DNA from: Eledone cirrhosa
Taxonomy: Eukaryota
Direction of reading: 5' to 3'
Length of the DNA: 64,000 nt
Assembly: GCA_964016885.1 (NCBI GenBank)
Contig: OZ024763.1
Coordinates: forward strand, 22,754,001-22,818,000
Numbering within the stretch: position 1 is the stretch's first letter; every line of letters starts with the position of its first letter. The translations under genes were made by a program, and so were the position numbers. Below, piece after piece: positions 40,214-54,678 of this stretch. Under the pieces are notes generated by a model that was given only the letters and a program-made list of their open reading frames with translations, made no database searches and was not told where the DNA came from.

Positions 40214-40453
40214 AGCAGAGTTCTATACTGTGAGTATGATATCTCTCCCTTATGTATGTGTGTGTGTGTGTGTGTGTGTGAGCAGAGTTCTATACTGTGA
40301 GTATGATATCTCTCCCTTATGTGTGTGTGTGTGTGTGTGTGTGTGAGCAGAGTACTATACTGTGAGTATGATATCTGTCCCTTATGTATGTGTGTGTGTG
40401 TGTGTGTGTGTGTGAGCAGAGTTCTATACTGTGAGTATGATATCTCTCCCTTA

Positions 40454-40497
<44 letters not shown>

Positions 40498-40993
40498 CAG
40501 AGTACTATACTGTGAGTATGATATCTCTCCCTTATGTATGTGTGTGTGTGTGTGTGTGTGAGCAGAGTTCTATACTGTGAGTATGATATCTCTCCCTTAT
40601 GTATGTGTGTGTGTGTGTGTGTGTGTGAGCAGAGTACTATACTGTGAGTATGATATCTCTCCCTTATGTATGTGTGTGTGTGTGTGTGAGCAGAGTTCTA
40701 TACTGTGAGTATGATATCTCTCCCTTATGTATGTGTGTGTGTGTGTGTGTGTGTGAGCAGAGTACTATACTGTGAGTATGATATCTCTCCCTTATGTATG
40801 TGTGTGTGTGTGTGTGTGTGTGAGCAGAGTACTATACTGTGAGTATGATATCTCTCCCTTATGTATGTGTGTGTGTGTGTGTGTGTGTGTGAGCAGAGTT
40901 CTATACTGTGAGTATGATATCTCTCCCTTATGTATGTGTGTGTGTGTGTGTGTGTGTGAGCAGAGTACTATACTGTGAGTATGATATCTCTCC

Positions 40994-41027
<34 letters not shown>

Positions 41028-42040
41028 TGTGTGTGAGCAGAGTTCTATACTGTGAGTATGATATCTCTCCCTTATGTATGTGTATGTGTGTGTGTGTGAG
41101 CAGAGTACTATACTGTGAGTATGATATCTCTCCCTTATGTATGTGTGTGTGTGTGTGAGCAGAGTACTATACTGTGAGTATGATATCTCTCCCTTATGTG
41201 TGTGTGTGTGTGTGTGAGCAGAGTACTATACTGTGAGTATGATATCTCTCCCTTATGTATGTGTGTGTGTGTGTGTGAGCAGAGTACTATACTGTGAGTA
41301 TGATATCTCTCCCTTATGTATGTGTATGTGGGTGTGTGTGAGCAGAGTACTATACTGTGAGTATGATATCTCTCCCTTATGTAAGTGTGTGTGTGTGTGT
41401 GAGCAGAGTACTATACCGTGAGTATGATATCTCTCCCTTATGTATGTGTGTGTGTGAGCAGAGTACTATACCGTGAGTATGATATCTCTCCCTTATGTAT
41501 GTGTGTGTGTGTGTGTGAGCAGAGTTCTATACTGTGAGTATGATATCTCTCCCTTATGTATGTGTGTGTGTGTGTGTGAGCAGAGTACTATACTGTGAGT
41601 ATGATATCTCTCCCTTATGTGTGTGTGTGTGTGTGTGTGAGCAGAGTTCTATACTGTGAGTATGATATCTCTCCCTTATGTGTGTGTGTGTGTGTGTGTG
41701 TGAGCAGAGTACTATACTGTGAGTATGATATCTCTCCCTTATGTATGTGTGTGTGTGTGTGTGAGCAGAGTACTATACTGTGAGTATGATATCTCTCCCT
41801 TATGTATGTGTATGTGGGTGTGTGTGAGCAGAGTACTATACTGTGAGTATGATATCTCTCCGTTATGTATGTGTGTGTGTGTGTGTGAGCAGAGTACTAT
41901 ACCGTGAGTATGATATCTCTCCCTTATGTATGTGTGTGTGTGAGCAGAGTACTATACTGTGAGTATGATATCTCTCCCTTATGTATGTGTGTGTGTGTGT
42001 GAGCAGAGTACTATACTGTGAGTATGATATCTCTCCCTTA

Positions 42041-42072
<32 letters not shown>

Positions 42073-44176
42073 AGCAGAGTACTATACTGTGAGTATGATA
42101 TCTCTCCCTTATGTATGTGTGTGTATGTGTGAGTGTGTGTGAGCAGAGTACTATACTGTGAGTATGATATCTCTCCCTTGTGTGTGTGTGTGTGTGTGTG
42201 AGCAGAGTACTATACTGTGAGTATGATATCTCTCCATTATGTATGTGTGTGTGTGTGAGCAGAGTACTATACTGTGAGTATGATATCTCTCCCTTATGTA
42301 TGTGTGTGTGTGTGAGTAGACTACTATACTGTGAGTATGATATCTCTCACTTATGTATGTGTGTGTGTGTGTGTGTGAGTAGAGTACTATACTGTGAGTA
42401 TGATATCTCTCCCTTATGTATGTGTGTGTGTGTGTGTGTGTGAGCAGAGTACTATACTGTGAGTATGATATCTCTCCCTTATGTATGTGTGTGTGTGTGT
42501 GTGTGTGTGAGCAGAGTACTATACTGTGAGTATGATATCTCTCCCTTATGTATGTGTGTGTGTGTGTGTGAGCAGAGTTCTATACTGTGAGTATGATATC
42601 TCTCCCTTATGTATGTGTGTGTGTGTGTGTGTGTGTGAGCAGAGTACTATACTGTGAGTATGATATCTCTCCCTTATGTATGTGTGTGTGTGTGTGTGTG
42701 AGCAGAGTACTATACTGTGAGTATGATATCTCTCCCTTATGTATGTGTGTGTGTGTGTGTGTGTGTGTGAGCAGAGTTCTATACTGTGAGTATGATATCT
42801 CTCCCTTATGTATGTGTGTGTGTGTGTGTGTGTGTGAGCAGAGTACTATACTGTGAGTATGATATCTCTCCATTATGTGTGTGTGTGTGTGTGTGTGTGT
42901 GTGAGTGTGTGTGAGCAGAGTTCTATACTGTGAGTATGATATCTCTCCCTTATGTATGTGTATGTGTGTGTGTGTGAGCAGAGTACTATACTGTGAGTAT
43001 GATATCTCTCCCTTATGTATGTGTGTGTATGTGTGTGTGTGTGTGTGAGCAGAGTACTATACTGTGAGTATGATATCTCTCCCTTATGTATGTGTGTGTG
43101 TGTGAGCAGAGTACTATACTGTGAGTATGATATCTCTCCCTTATGTATGTGTATGTGTGTGTGTGTGTGTGTGAGCAGAGTACTATACTGTGAGTATGAT
43201 ATCTCTCCCTTATGTATGTGTGTGTGTGTGTGAGCAGAGTACTATACTGTGAGTATGATATCTCTCTCTTATGTGTGTGTGTGTGTGTGTGTGAGCAGAG
43301 TTCTATACTGTGAGTATGATATCTCTCCCTTATGTGTGTGTGTGTGTGTGTGAGCAGAGTACTATACTGTGAGTATGATATCTCTCCCTTATGTATGTGT
43401 GTGTGTGTGTGTGAGCAGAGTACTATACTGTGAGTATGATATCTCTCCCTTATGTATGTGTATGTGGGTGTGTGTGAGCAGAGTACTATACTGTGAGTAT
43501 GATATCTCTCCCTTATGTAAGTGTGTGTGTGTGTGTGAGCAGAGTACTATACCGTGAGTATGATATCTCTCCCTTATGTATGTGTGTGTGTGAGCAGAGT
43601 ACTATACCGTGAGTATGATATCTCTCCCTTATGTATGTGTGTGTGTGTGTGTGAGCAGAGTTCTATACTGTGAGTATGATATCTCTCCCTTATGTATGTG
43701 TGTGTGTGTGTGTGAGCAGAGTACTATACTGTGAGTATGATATCTCTCCCTTATGTGTGTGTGTGTGTGTGTGTGAGCAGAGTTCTATACTGTGAGTATG
43801 ATATCTCTCCCTTATGTGTGTGTGTGTGTGTGTGTGTGAGCAGAGTACTATACTGTGAGTATGATATCTCTCCCTTATGTATGTGTGTGTGTGTGTGTGA
43901 GCAGAGTACTATACTGTGAGTATGATATCTCTCCCTTATGTATGTGTATGTGGGTGTGTGTGAGCAGAGTACTATACTGTGAGTATGATATCTCTCCCTT
44001 ATGTATGTGTGTGTGTGTGTGTGAGCAGAGTACTATACCGTGAGTATGATATCTCTCCCTTATGTATGTGTGTGTGTGAGCAGAGTACTATACTGTGAGT
44101 ATGATATCTCTCCCTTATGTATGTGTGTGTGTGTGTGAGCAGAGTACTATACTGTGAGTATGATATCTCTCCCTTA

Positions 44177-44208
<32 letters not shown>

Positions 44209-44995
44209 AGCAGAGTACTATACTGTGAGTATGATATCTCTCCCTTATGTATGTGTGTGTATGTGTGAGTGTGTGTGAGCAGAGTACTATACTGTGAGTA
44301 TGATATCTCTCCCTTGTGTGTGTGTGTGTGTGTGTGAGCAGAGTACTATACTGTGAGTATGATATCTCTCCATTATGTATGTGTGTGTGTGTGAGCAGAG
44401 TACTATACTGTGAGTATGATATCTCTCCCTTATGTATGTGTGTGTGTGTGAGTAGACTACTATACTGTGAGTATGATATCTCTCACTTATGTATGTGTGT
44501 GTGTGTGTGTGTGAGTAGAGTACTATACTGTGAGTATGATATCTCTCCCTTATGTATGTGTGTGTGTGTGTGTGTGTGAGCAGAGTACTATACTGTGAGT
44601 ATGATATCTCTCCCTTATGTGTGTGTGTGTGTGTGTGTGTGTGAGCAGAGTACTATACTGTGAGTATGATATCTCTCCCTTATGTGTGTGTGTGTGTGTG
44701 TGTGAGCAGAGTACTATACTGTGAGTATGATATCTCTCCCTTATGTATGTGTGTGTGTGTGTGTGAGTAGAGTACTATACTGTGAGTATGATATCTCTCC
44801 CTTATGTATGTGTGTGTGTGTGTGTGTGTGTGAGCAGAGTACTATACTGTGAGTATGATATCTCTCCCTTATGTATGTGTGTGTATGTGTGAGTGTGTGT
44901 CAGCAGAGTACTATACTGTGAGTATGATATCTCTCCCTTGTGTGTGTGTGTGTGTGAGCAGAGTACTATACTGTGAGTATGATATCTCTCCCTTA

Positions 44996-45027
<32 letters not shown>

Positions 45028-45625
45028 AGCAGAGTACTATACTGTGAGTATGATATCTCTCCCTTATGTATGTGTGTGTGTGTGTGTGTGAGCAGAGTAC
45101 TATACTGTGAGTATGATATCTCTCCCTTATGTATGTGTGTGTGTGTGTGTGTGAGTAGAGTACTATACTGTGAGTATGATATCTCTCCCTTATGTGTGTG
45201 TGTGTGTGTGTTTGTGAGTAGAGTACTATACTGTGAGTATGATATCTCTCACTTATGTATGTGTGTGTGTGTGTGTGTGAGTAGAGTACTATACTGTGAG
45301 TATGATATCTCTCCCTTATGTATGTGTGTGTGTGTGTGTGAGCAGAGTACTATACTGTGAGTATGATATCTCTCCCTTATGTGTGTGTGTGTGAGCAGAG
45401 TACTATACTGTGAGTATGATATCTCTCCCTTATGTGTGTGTGTGTGTGTGTGTGTGTGTGAGCAGAGTACTATACTGTGAGTATGATATCTCTCCCTTAT
45501 GTATGTGTGTGTGTGTGTGTGTGAGTAGAGTACTATACTGTGAGTATGATATCTCTCCCTTATGTGTGTGTGTGTGTGTGTGTGTGTGAGCAGAGTACTA
45601 TACTGTGAGTATGATATCTCTCCCT

Positions 45626-45671
<46 letters not shown>

Positions 45672-45893
45672 CAGAGTACTATACTGTGAGTATGATATCT
45701 CTGCCTTATGTATGTGTGTGTGTGTGTGTGTGTGTGAGCAGAGTACTATACTGTGAGTATGATATCTCTCCCTTATGTGAGTGTGTGTGTGTGAGCAGAG
45801 TACTATACTGTGAGTATGATATCTCTCCCTTATGTATGTGTATGTGTGTGTGTGTGAGCAGAGTACTATACTGTGAGAATGATATCTCTCCCT

Positions 45894-45947
<54 letters not shown>

Positions 45948-46043
45948 CAGAGTACTATATTGTGAGTATGATATCTCTGCCTTATGTATGTGTGTGTGTG
46001 TGTGAGCAGAGTACTATACTGTGAGTATGATATCTCTCCCTTA

Positions 46044-46081
<38 letters not shown>

Positions 46082-46116
46082 CAGAGTACTATACTGCGAG
46101 TATGATATCTCTCCCT

Positions 46117-46184
<68 letters not shown>

Positions 46185-46221
46185 CAGAGTACTATACTGT
46201 GAGTATGATATCTCTCCCTTA

Positions 46222-46259
<38 letters not shown>

Positions 46260-46294
46260 CAGAGTACTATACTGTGAGAATGATATCTCTCCCT

Positions 46295-46344
<50 letters not shown>

Positions 46345-46438
46345 CAGAGTACTATATTGTGAGTATGATATCTCTGCCTTATGTATGTGTGTGTGTGTGT
46401 GAGCAGAGTACTATACTGTGAGTATGATATCTCTCCCT

Positions 46439-46488
<50 letters not shown>

Positions 46489-46950
46489 CAGAGTACTATA
46501 CTGTGAGTATGATATCTCTGCCTTATGTATGTGTGTGTGTGTGAGCAGAGTACTATACTGTGAGTATGATATCTCTCCCTTATGTGAGTGTGTGTGTGTG
46601 AGCAGAGTACTATACTGTGAGTATGATATCTCTCCCTTATGTATGTGTATGTGTGTGTGTGTGAGCAGAGTACTATACTGTGAGAATGATATCTCTCCCT
46701 TATGTGTGTGTGTGTGTGTGTGTGTGAGCAGAGTACTATATTGTGAGTATGATATCTCTGCCTTATGTATGTGTGTGTGTGTGTGAGCAGAGTACTATAC
46801 TGTGAGTATGATATCTCTCCCTTATGTATGTGTGTGTGTGTGTGTGTGTGAGCAGAGTACTATACTGCGAGTATGATATCTCTCCCTTATGTATGTGTGT
46901 GTGTGTGTGTGAGCAGAGTACTATACTGTGAGTATGATATCTCTCCCTTA

Positions 46951-46982
<32 letters not shown>

Positions 46983-48049
46983 AGCAGAGTACTATACTGT
47001 GAGTATGATATCTCTCCCTTATGTATGTGTGCGTGTGTGTGTGTGTGAGCAGAGTACTATACTGTGAGTATGATATCTCTCCCTTATGTATGTGTGTGTG
47101 TGTGTGTGTGTGTGTGAGCAGAGTACTATACTGTGAGTATGATATCTCTCCCTTATGTATGTGTGTGTGTGTGGGTGTGTGTGTGAGCAGAGTTCTATAC
47201 TGTGAGTATGATATCTCTCCCTTATGTATGTGTGTGAGCAGAGTACTATACTGTGAGTATGATATATCTCCCTTACGTGAGTGTGTGTGAGCAGAGTACT
47301 ATACTGTGAGTATGATATCTCTCCCTTATGTATGTATGTGTGTGTGTGTGTGTGTGTGAGCAGAGTACTATACTGTGAGTACGATATCTCTCCCTTATGT
47401 ATGTGTGTATGTGTGTGTGTGTGTGTGTGTGAGCAGAGTACTATACTGTGAGTATGATATCTCTCCCTTATGTATGTGTGTGTGTGTGTGTGAGCAGAGT
47501 ACTATACTGTGAGTATGATATCTCTCCCTTATGTATGTATGTGTGTGTGTGTGTGTGTGAGCAGAGTACTATACTGTGAGTATGATATCTCTCCCTTATG
47601 TATGTGTGTGTGTGTGTGTGAGCAGAGTACTATACTGTGAGTATGATATCTCTCCCTGATGTATGTGTGTGTGTGTGTGTGTGTGAGCAGAGTACTATAC
47701 TGTGAGTATGATATCTCTCCCTTATGTATGTGTGTGTGTGTGTGTGTGAGCAGAGTTCTATACTGTGAGTATGATATCTCTTCCTTATGTATGTGTGTAT
47801 GTGTGTGTGTGTGAGCAGAGTACTATACTGTGAGTATGATATCTCTCCCTTATGTATGTGTGTGTGTGTGTGTGAGCAGAGTACTATACTGTGAGTATGA
47901 TATCTCTCCCTTATGTATGTGTGTGTGTGTGTGTGTGTGTGTGAGCAGAGTACTATACTGTGAGTATGATATCTCTCCCTGATGTATGTGTGTGTGTGTG
48001 TGTGTGTGTGAGCAGAGTACTATACTGTGAGTATGATATCTCTCCCTTA

Positions 48050-48085
<36 letters not shown>

Positions 48086-48122
48086 CAAAGTACTATACTG
48101 TGAGTATGATATCTCTCCCTTA

Positions 48123-48168
<46 letters not shown>

Positions 48169-48335
48169 AGCAGAGTACTATACTGTGAGTATGATATCTC
48201 TCCCTTATGTATGTGTGTGTGTGTGTGTGTGTGAGCAGAGTACTATACTGTGAGTATGATATCTCTCCCTTATGTATGTGTGTGTGTGTGTGTATGAGCA
48301 GAGTACTATAGTGTGAGTATTATATCTCTCCCTTA

Positions 48336-48371
<36 letters not shown>

Positions 48372-48664
48372 AGCAGAGTACTATACTGTGAGTATGATAT
48401 CTCTCCCTTATGTATGTGTGTGTGTGTGTGTGTGTGTGTGAGCAGAGTACTATACTGTGAGTATGATATCTCTCCCTTATGTATGTGTGTGTGTGTGTGT
48501 GTGTGAGCAGAGTACTATACTGTGAGTATGATATCTCTCCCTTATGTATGTGTGTGTGTGTGTGTGAGCAGAGTACTATACTGTGAGTATGATTTCTCTC
48601 CGTTATGTATGTGTGTGTGTGTGTGAGCAGAGTACTATACTGTAAGTATGATATATCTCACTTA

Positions 48665-48702
<38 letters not shown>

Positions 48703-48862
48703 CAGAGTACTATACTCTGAGTATGATATCTCTCCCTTATGTATGTATGTGTGTGTGTGTGTGAGCAGAGTACTATACTGTGAGTATGATAGCTCTCCCT
48801 TATGTATGCGTGTGTGTGTGTGTGAGAGCAGAGTACTATACTGTGAGTATATCTCTCCCTTA

Positions 48863-48894
<32 letters not shown>

Positions 48895-49526
48895 AGCAGA
48901 GTACTATACTGTGAGTATGATATCTGTCCCTTATGTATGTGTGTGTGCGTGTGTGTGAGCAGAGTACTATACTGTGCATATGATATCTGTCCCTTATGTA
49001 TGTGTGTGTGTGTGTGTGTGTGTGTGAGCAGAGTACTATACTGTGAGTATGATATCTCTCCCTTATGTATATGTGTGTGTGTGTGTGTGTGTGTGAGCAG
49101 AGTACTATACTGTGAGTATGATATCTCTCCCTTATGTATGTGTGTGTGTGTGTGTGTGTATGTGAGCAGAGTACTATACTGTGAGTATGACATCTCTCCC
49201 TTATATATGTGTGTGTGTGAGCAGAGTACTATACTGTGAGTATGATATCTCTCCCTTATGTGTGTGTGTGTGCGTGTGTGTGAGCAGAGTACTATACTGT
49301 GAGTATGATATCTCTCCCTTATGTATGTGTGTGTGTGTGTGTCTGTGAGCAGAATACTATACTGTGAGTATTATATCTCTCCCTTATGTATGTGTGTGTG
49401 TGTGTGTGTGAGCAGAGTACTATACTGTGAGTATTATATCTCTCCCTTATGTATGTGTGTGTGTGTGTGTGTGTGTGAGCAGAGTGCAATACTGTGAGTA
49501 TGATATCTCTCCCTTATGTATGTGTA

Positions 49527-49558
<32 letters not shown>

Positions 49559-50005
49559 AGCAGAGTACTATACTGTGAGTATGATATCTCTCCCTTATGT
49601 GTGTGTGTGTGCGTGTGTGTGAGCAGAGTACTATACTGTGAGTATGATATCTCTCCATTATGTATGTGTGTGTGTGTGTGTGCGTGTGTGTGAGCAGAGT
49701 ACTATACTGTAAGTATGATATCTCTCCCTTATGTATGTGTGTGTGTGTGTGTGTGTGTGAGCAGAGTACAATACTGTGAGTATGATATCTCTCCCTTATG
49801 TATGTGTATGTATGTGTGTGTGTGTGTGAGCAGAGTACTATACTGTGAGTATGATATCTCTCCCTTATGTATGTATGTGTGTGTGTGTGTGTGTGTGTGT
49901 GAGCAGAATACTATACTGTGAGTATGATATCTCTCCCTTATGTATGTATGTGTGTGTGTGTGTGTGAACAGAGTACTATACTGTAAGTATGATATCTCTC
50001 CCTTA

Positions 50006-50041
<36 letters not shown>

Positions 50042-50399
50042 CAGAGTACTATACTGTGAGTATGATATCTCTCCCTTATGTATGTGTGTGTGTGTGTGTG
50101 TGAGCAGAGTACTATACTGTAAGTATGATATCTCTCCATTATGTATGTGTGTATGTGTGTGTGTGTGAGCAGAGTACTATACTGTGAGTATGATATCTCT
50201 CCCTTATGTATGTGTGTGTGTGTGAGCAGAGTACTATACTGTAAGTATGATATCTCTCCCTTATGTATGTGTGTATGTGTGTGTGTGTGAGCAGAGTACT
50301 ATACTGTGAGTATGATATCTCTCCCTTATGTATGTATGTGTGTGTGTGTGTGTGTGTGTGAGCAGAGTACTATAGTGTGAGTATTATATCTCTCCCTTA

Positions 50400-50437
<38 letters not shown>

Positions 50438-50545
50438 AGCAGAGTACTATACTGTGAGTATGATATCTCTCCCTTATGTATGTGTGTGTGTGTGTGTGTG
50501 TGTGTGAGCAGAGTACTATACTGTGAGTATGATATCTCTCCATTA

Positions 50546-50577
<32 letters not shown>

Positions 50578-52124
50578 AGCAGAGTACTATACCGTGAGTA
50601 TGATATCTCTCCCTTATGTATGTGTGTGTGTGTGTGTGTGTGTGAGCAGAGTACTATACTGTGAGTATGATATCTCTCCCTTATGTATGTGTGTGTGTGT
50701 GTATGTGTGTGAGCAGAGTACTATACTGTGAGTATGATATCTCTCCCTTATGTATGTGTGTGTGTGTGTGTGTGTGTGAGCAGAGTACTATACTGTGAGT
50801 ATGATATCTCTCCATTATGTATGTGTGTGTGTGTGCGTGTGTGTGAGCAGAGTACTATACTGTGAGTATGATATCTCTCCCTTATGTATGTGTGTGTGTG
50901 TGTGTGTGTGTGAGCAGAGTACTATACTGTAAGTATGATATCTCTCCATTATGTATGTGTGTGTGTGTGCGTGTGTGTGAGCAGAGTACTATACTGTGAG
51001 TATGATATCTCTCCCTTATGTATGTGTGTGTGTGTGTGTGTGTGTGAGCAGAGTACTATACTGTAAGTATGATATCTCTCCATTATGTATGTGTGTGTGT
51101 GTGCGTGTGTGTGAGCAGAGTACTATACTGTGAGTATGATATCTCTCCCTTATGTATGTGTGTGTGTGTGTGTGAGCAGAGTACTATACTGTGAGTATGA
51201 TATCTCTCCCTTATGTATGTGTGTGTGTGTGCGTGTGTGTGAGCAGAGTACTATACTGTGAGTATGATATCTCTCCCATATGTTTATGTGTGTGTGTGTG
51301 TGTGAGCAGAGTACTATACTGTGAGTATGATATCTCTCCCTTATGTATGTGTGTGTGTGTGTGTGTGTGTGAACAGAGTACTATACTGTGAGTATGATAT
51401 CTCTCCCTTATGTATGTGTGTGTGTGTGTGTGAGCAGAGTACTATACTGTGAGTATGATATCTCTCCCTTATGTGTGTGTGTGTGTGTGTGAGCAGAGTA
51501 CTATACTGTGAGTATGATATCTCTCCCTTATGTATGTGTGTGAGCAGAGTAATATCTCTGTAAGTATGATATCTCTCCCTTATGTATGTGTGTGTGTGTG
51601 TGTGTGAGCAGAGTACTATACTGTGAGTATTATATCTCTCCCTTATGTATGTGTGTGTGTGTGTGTGTGTGTGAGCAGAGTACTATACTGTGAGTATGAT
51701 ATCTCTCCCTTATGTATATGTGTATGTGTGTGTGTGTGTGTGTGAGCAGAGTACTATACTGTGAGTATGATATCTCTCCCTTATGTATATGTGTATGTGT
51801 GTGTGTGTGTGTGTGAGCAGAGTACTATACTGTGAGTATGATATCTCTCCCTTATGTATGTGTGTGTGTGTGTGTGAGCAGAGTACTATACTGTGAGTAT
51901 GATATCTCTCCCTTATGTATGTGTGTGTGTGTGTGTGTGTGTGAGCAGAGTACTATACTGTGAGTATGATATCTCTCCCTTATGTATGTGTGTGAGCAGA
52001 GTAATATCTCTGTAAGTATGATATCTCTCTATAAGTATTCTAAGCTGTAAATTATATTCAATGTGGTGTATTAACTGGTATACTCACAGTATAGTAATAC
52101 TGTGAGTATGATATCTCTCCCTTA

Positions 52125-52160
<36 letters not shown>

Positions 52161-52450
52161 CAGAGTACTATACTGTGAGTATGATATCTCTCCCTTATGT
52201 ATATGTGTATGTGTGTGTGTGTGTGTGTGAGCAGAGTACTATACTGTGAGTATGATATCTCTCCCTTATGTATGTGTGTGTGTGTGTGTGTGTGTGAGCA
52301 GAGTACTATACTGTGAGTATGATATCTCTCCCTTATGTATGTGTGTGTGTGTGTGTGTGTGTGAGCAGAGTACTATACTGTGAGTATGATATCTCTCCCT
52401 TATGTATGTGTGTGAGCAGAGTAATATCTCTGTAAGTATGATATCTCTCT
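37780..52450. repeat. Satellite: ~41-45-bp core + variable (GT)n, roughly 200 units (main array 38790..52450)
   Basis: Core GAGCAGAGTACTATACTGTGAGTATGATATCTCTCCCTTAT. Older diverged units lie at 37780-38190, and other sequence interrupts at about 38190-38790. Confidence 0.97.
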
Positions 52451-52605
52451 ATAAGTATTATAAGCTGTAAATTATATTCAATGTGGTGTATTAACTGGTT
52501 TACCAATGTATACTATGGGTGTAGTTGCACTAGGTGTCAGGAAGACACTCAGCATATATCAGAAACAATACTGAAGGAAAAGGAAAAACAATAAAAATAA
52601 TAATA

Positions 52606-53136
52606 ATTGTTTGTACTTTTGGCTCCAGGCCAGCAATTACCCCAATACATTACTGGTACTTTATTTTATTGACCCCGTAAGGATGAAAGGCAAAGTGAAC
52701 CTCGGCGGGATTTGAAACTTAGACCGTAAAGGGACGTAACTCTATGCTGCAAAGCATGGCGTCCGACCCTCTACCAATACTGCCAATTCACTGCCCTCAT
52801 AATAAAAATAGTAAAAATAGTAATAATATTAACAATCAGGAGGATATGAAAAGTATTAAATACCTGTATGGTGACATCTAACAGCCCAAATAAGAATGAA
52901 ATGCTGAATAAAGAGAAGAAAATAAATATAATTTTTAATATAAAATATAATAATTGCTTCTACTTTTGGCAGAAGGCAATCAATTACGCAGTACATTACT
53001 GGTACTTTATTTTATCAACCCTGTAAGGATGAAAGGCAAAGTTAACCTCGGCGGGATTTGAACTCAGACCGTAAAGGGACGTAACTGCTGGAAAGCATGG
53101 CGTCCGACCCTCTACCAATACTGCCAATCCACCGCG
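52606..53136 (-). mobile_element. Two Nin/Deu-like SINE copies (52606..52795 and 52950..53136)
   Basis: Reverse complements of the 37071 SINE. Confidence 0.72.
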
Positions 53137-53364
53137 CAACATAAAATATAATAATAATGAAATTTATTGTGTACAGTGCTCAGGTGCACTGCAACTCATC
53201 AAAGGTGCATGTATAGTAGATAGAATAATGTACAAATGTTAGGATATATACACATATGCATGCATATATATATATGTGTGTGCATATGTATGTATACAGC
53301 GAACCTCAACTGTTAAGGTTGTCTTTATGCAGGTATGTCAATATTTATTTATAAAACAAATTTG

Positions 53365-53430
53365 TATTTTATCTGATGAAAGCGCACCATAATTTGCCTT
53401 GGTTGCCCTTGAAATATATATAATAAAATA
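53365..53430 (+). ncRNA. Type I hammerhead motif
   Basis: TATTTTAT-CTGATGA-aagcgcacca..tggttgccctt-GAAA-tatata-TA-ATAAAATA; perfect 8-bp stem I. Confidence 0.72.
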
Positions 53431-53680
53431 ATTATGGTTTTATAAATATAGTTTCCATTTATTAATATAGTGAATATTTACTCCACATCTGTTGAGTGCT
53501 TTATATCAGTTATAAAATTTTAAGCTTGTTCAATCCCAACATATTAAATATAACCTCTGCATATATATATATATACACATTGCTCTGCGCGAGCATCGAG
53601 TGCTCAACCGGCATACCGCCATATATACACATATATATATATATATGTAAAGTTACATATATACACATATATATATATCT

Positions 53681-54312
53681 ATGTAAAGTTATGTTGGTGC
53701 CGCGCCATCCAGGCCGAAACAAATGAGATTGTGTAGGTGTCACGACAAAAAAACACACAGTCCACGCTGTAATGTGGCCGTGTAGGCAACACGGTAAAAA
53801 CCTCCCAGCCCCACACTGTAAATGTGGTTGGTGTTAGGAAGGGCATCCAGCTGTAGAAAACCCGCCAGACAGTCCACGCTGTAATGTGGCCGTGTAGGCA
53901 ACACGGTAAAAACCTCCCAGCCCCACACTGTAAATGTGGTTGGTGTTAGGAAGGGCATCCAGCTGTAGAAAACCCGCCAGACAGTCCACGCTGTAATGTG
54001 ACCGTGTAGGCAGCACGGTAAAAACCTCCCAGCCCCACACTGTAAATGTGGTTGGTGTTAGGAAGGGCATCCAGCTGTAGAAAACCCGCCAGACAGTCCA
54101 CGCTGTAATGTGACCGTGTAGGCAGCACGGTAAAAACCTCCCAGTCCCACACTGTAAATGTGGTTGGTGTTAGGAAGGGCATCCAGCTGTAGAAAACCCG
54201 CCAGACAGTCCTATGCGAGCAAGACAACCACTCTTGCCTCAAGTGGGAAAACTCCCGTCCAAACCCATGCAAGCGTGGAACACGGACGTTAAACGTTGAT
54301 GATGATGATGAT
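53681..54312 (+). mobile_element. RTE 3' UTR with an internal 112-bp tandem repeat (4 copies)
   Basis: cagtccacgctg at 53758, 53870, 53982 and 54094; (GAT)n tail. Confidence 0.88.
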
Positions 54313-54328
54313 ATGTATATATAGATAT

Positions 54329-54523
54329 ATAGGAAAAGCGTCAGTACCCCAACGGCTGAGCTCCAGCTGTTTCGACAGCTAGATTCGGATCTAGCTGTCG
54401 AAACGGCCGGAGCTCAGCCATCGGGGTCCTGACTCTTTTCCTATTACCCACTCTATTACGCTAAATATTGAGTACTCTGGTGTGTTATGGTCCACCTGGT
54501 ATCTTACCACACCTTCTTTGTTT
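54329..54523. mobile_element. Fold-back (54329..54444) carrying the 3' half of a hammerhead
   Basis: Consensus of the arms: atctagctgtc-GAAA-cggctg-gagct-cagccg-TC (GUC triplet). The centre lies in stem II. Confidence 0.6.
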
Positions 54524-54540
54524 ATATATATATATATATA

Positions 54541-54607
<67 letters not shown>

Positions 54608-54678
54608 TATATTTTGAGAATAAACTCTCAGTCGTTTACAATAATTAAGCTCCAGGAAGGGTCTCTTCCGAGCAGTTA

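Noticed and set aside
38790-52450. CRISPR-like array (constant repeat with variable spacers); likewise 58561-64000
   Set aside because: The spacers are only (GT)n or (CA)n, there are no cas genes, the context is eukaryotic, and the core derives from a LINE end.
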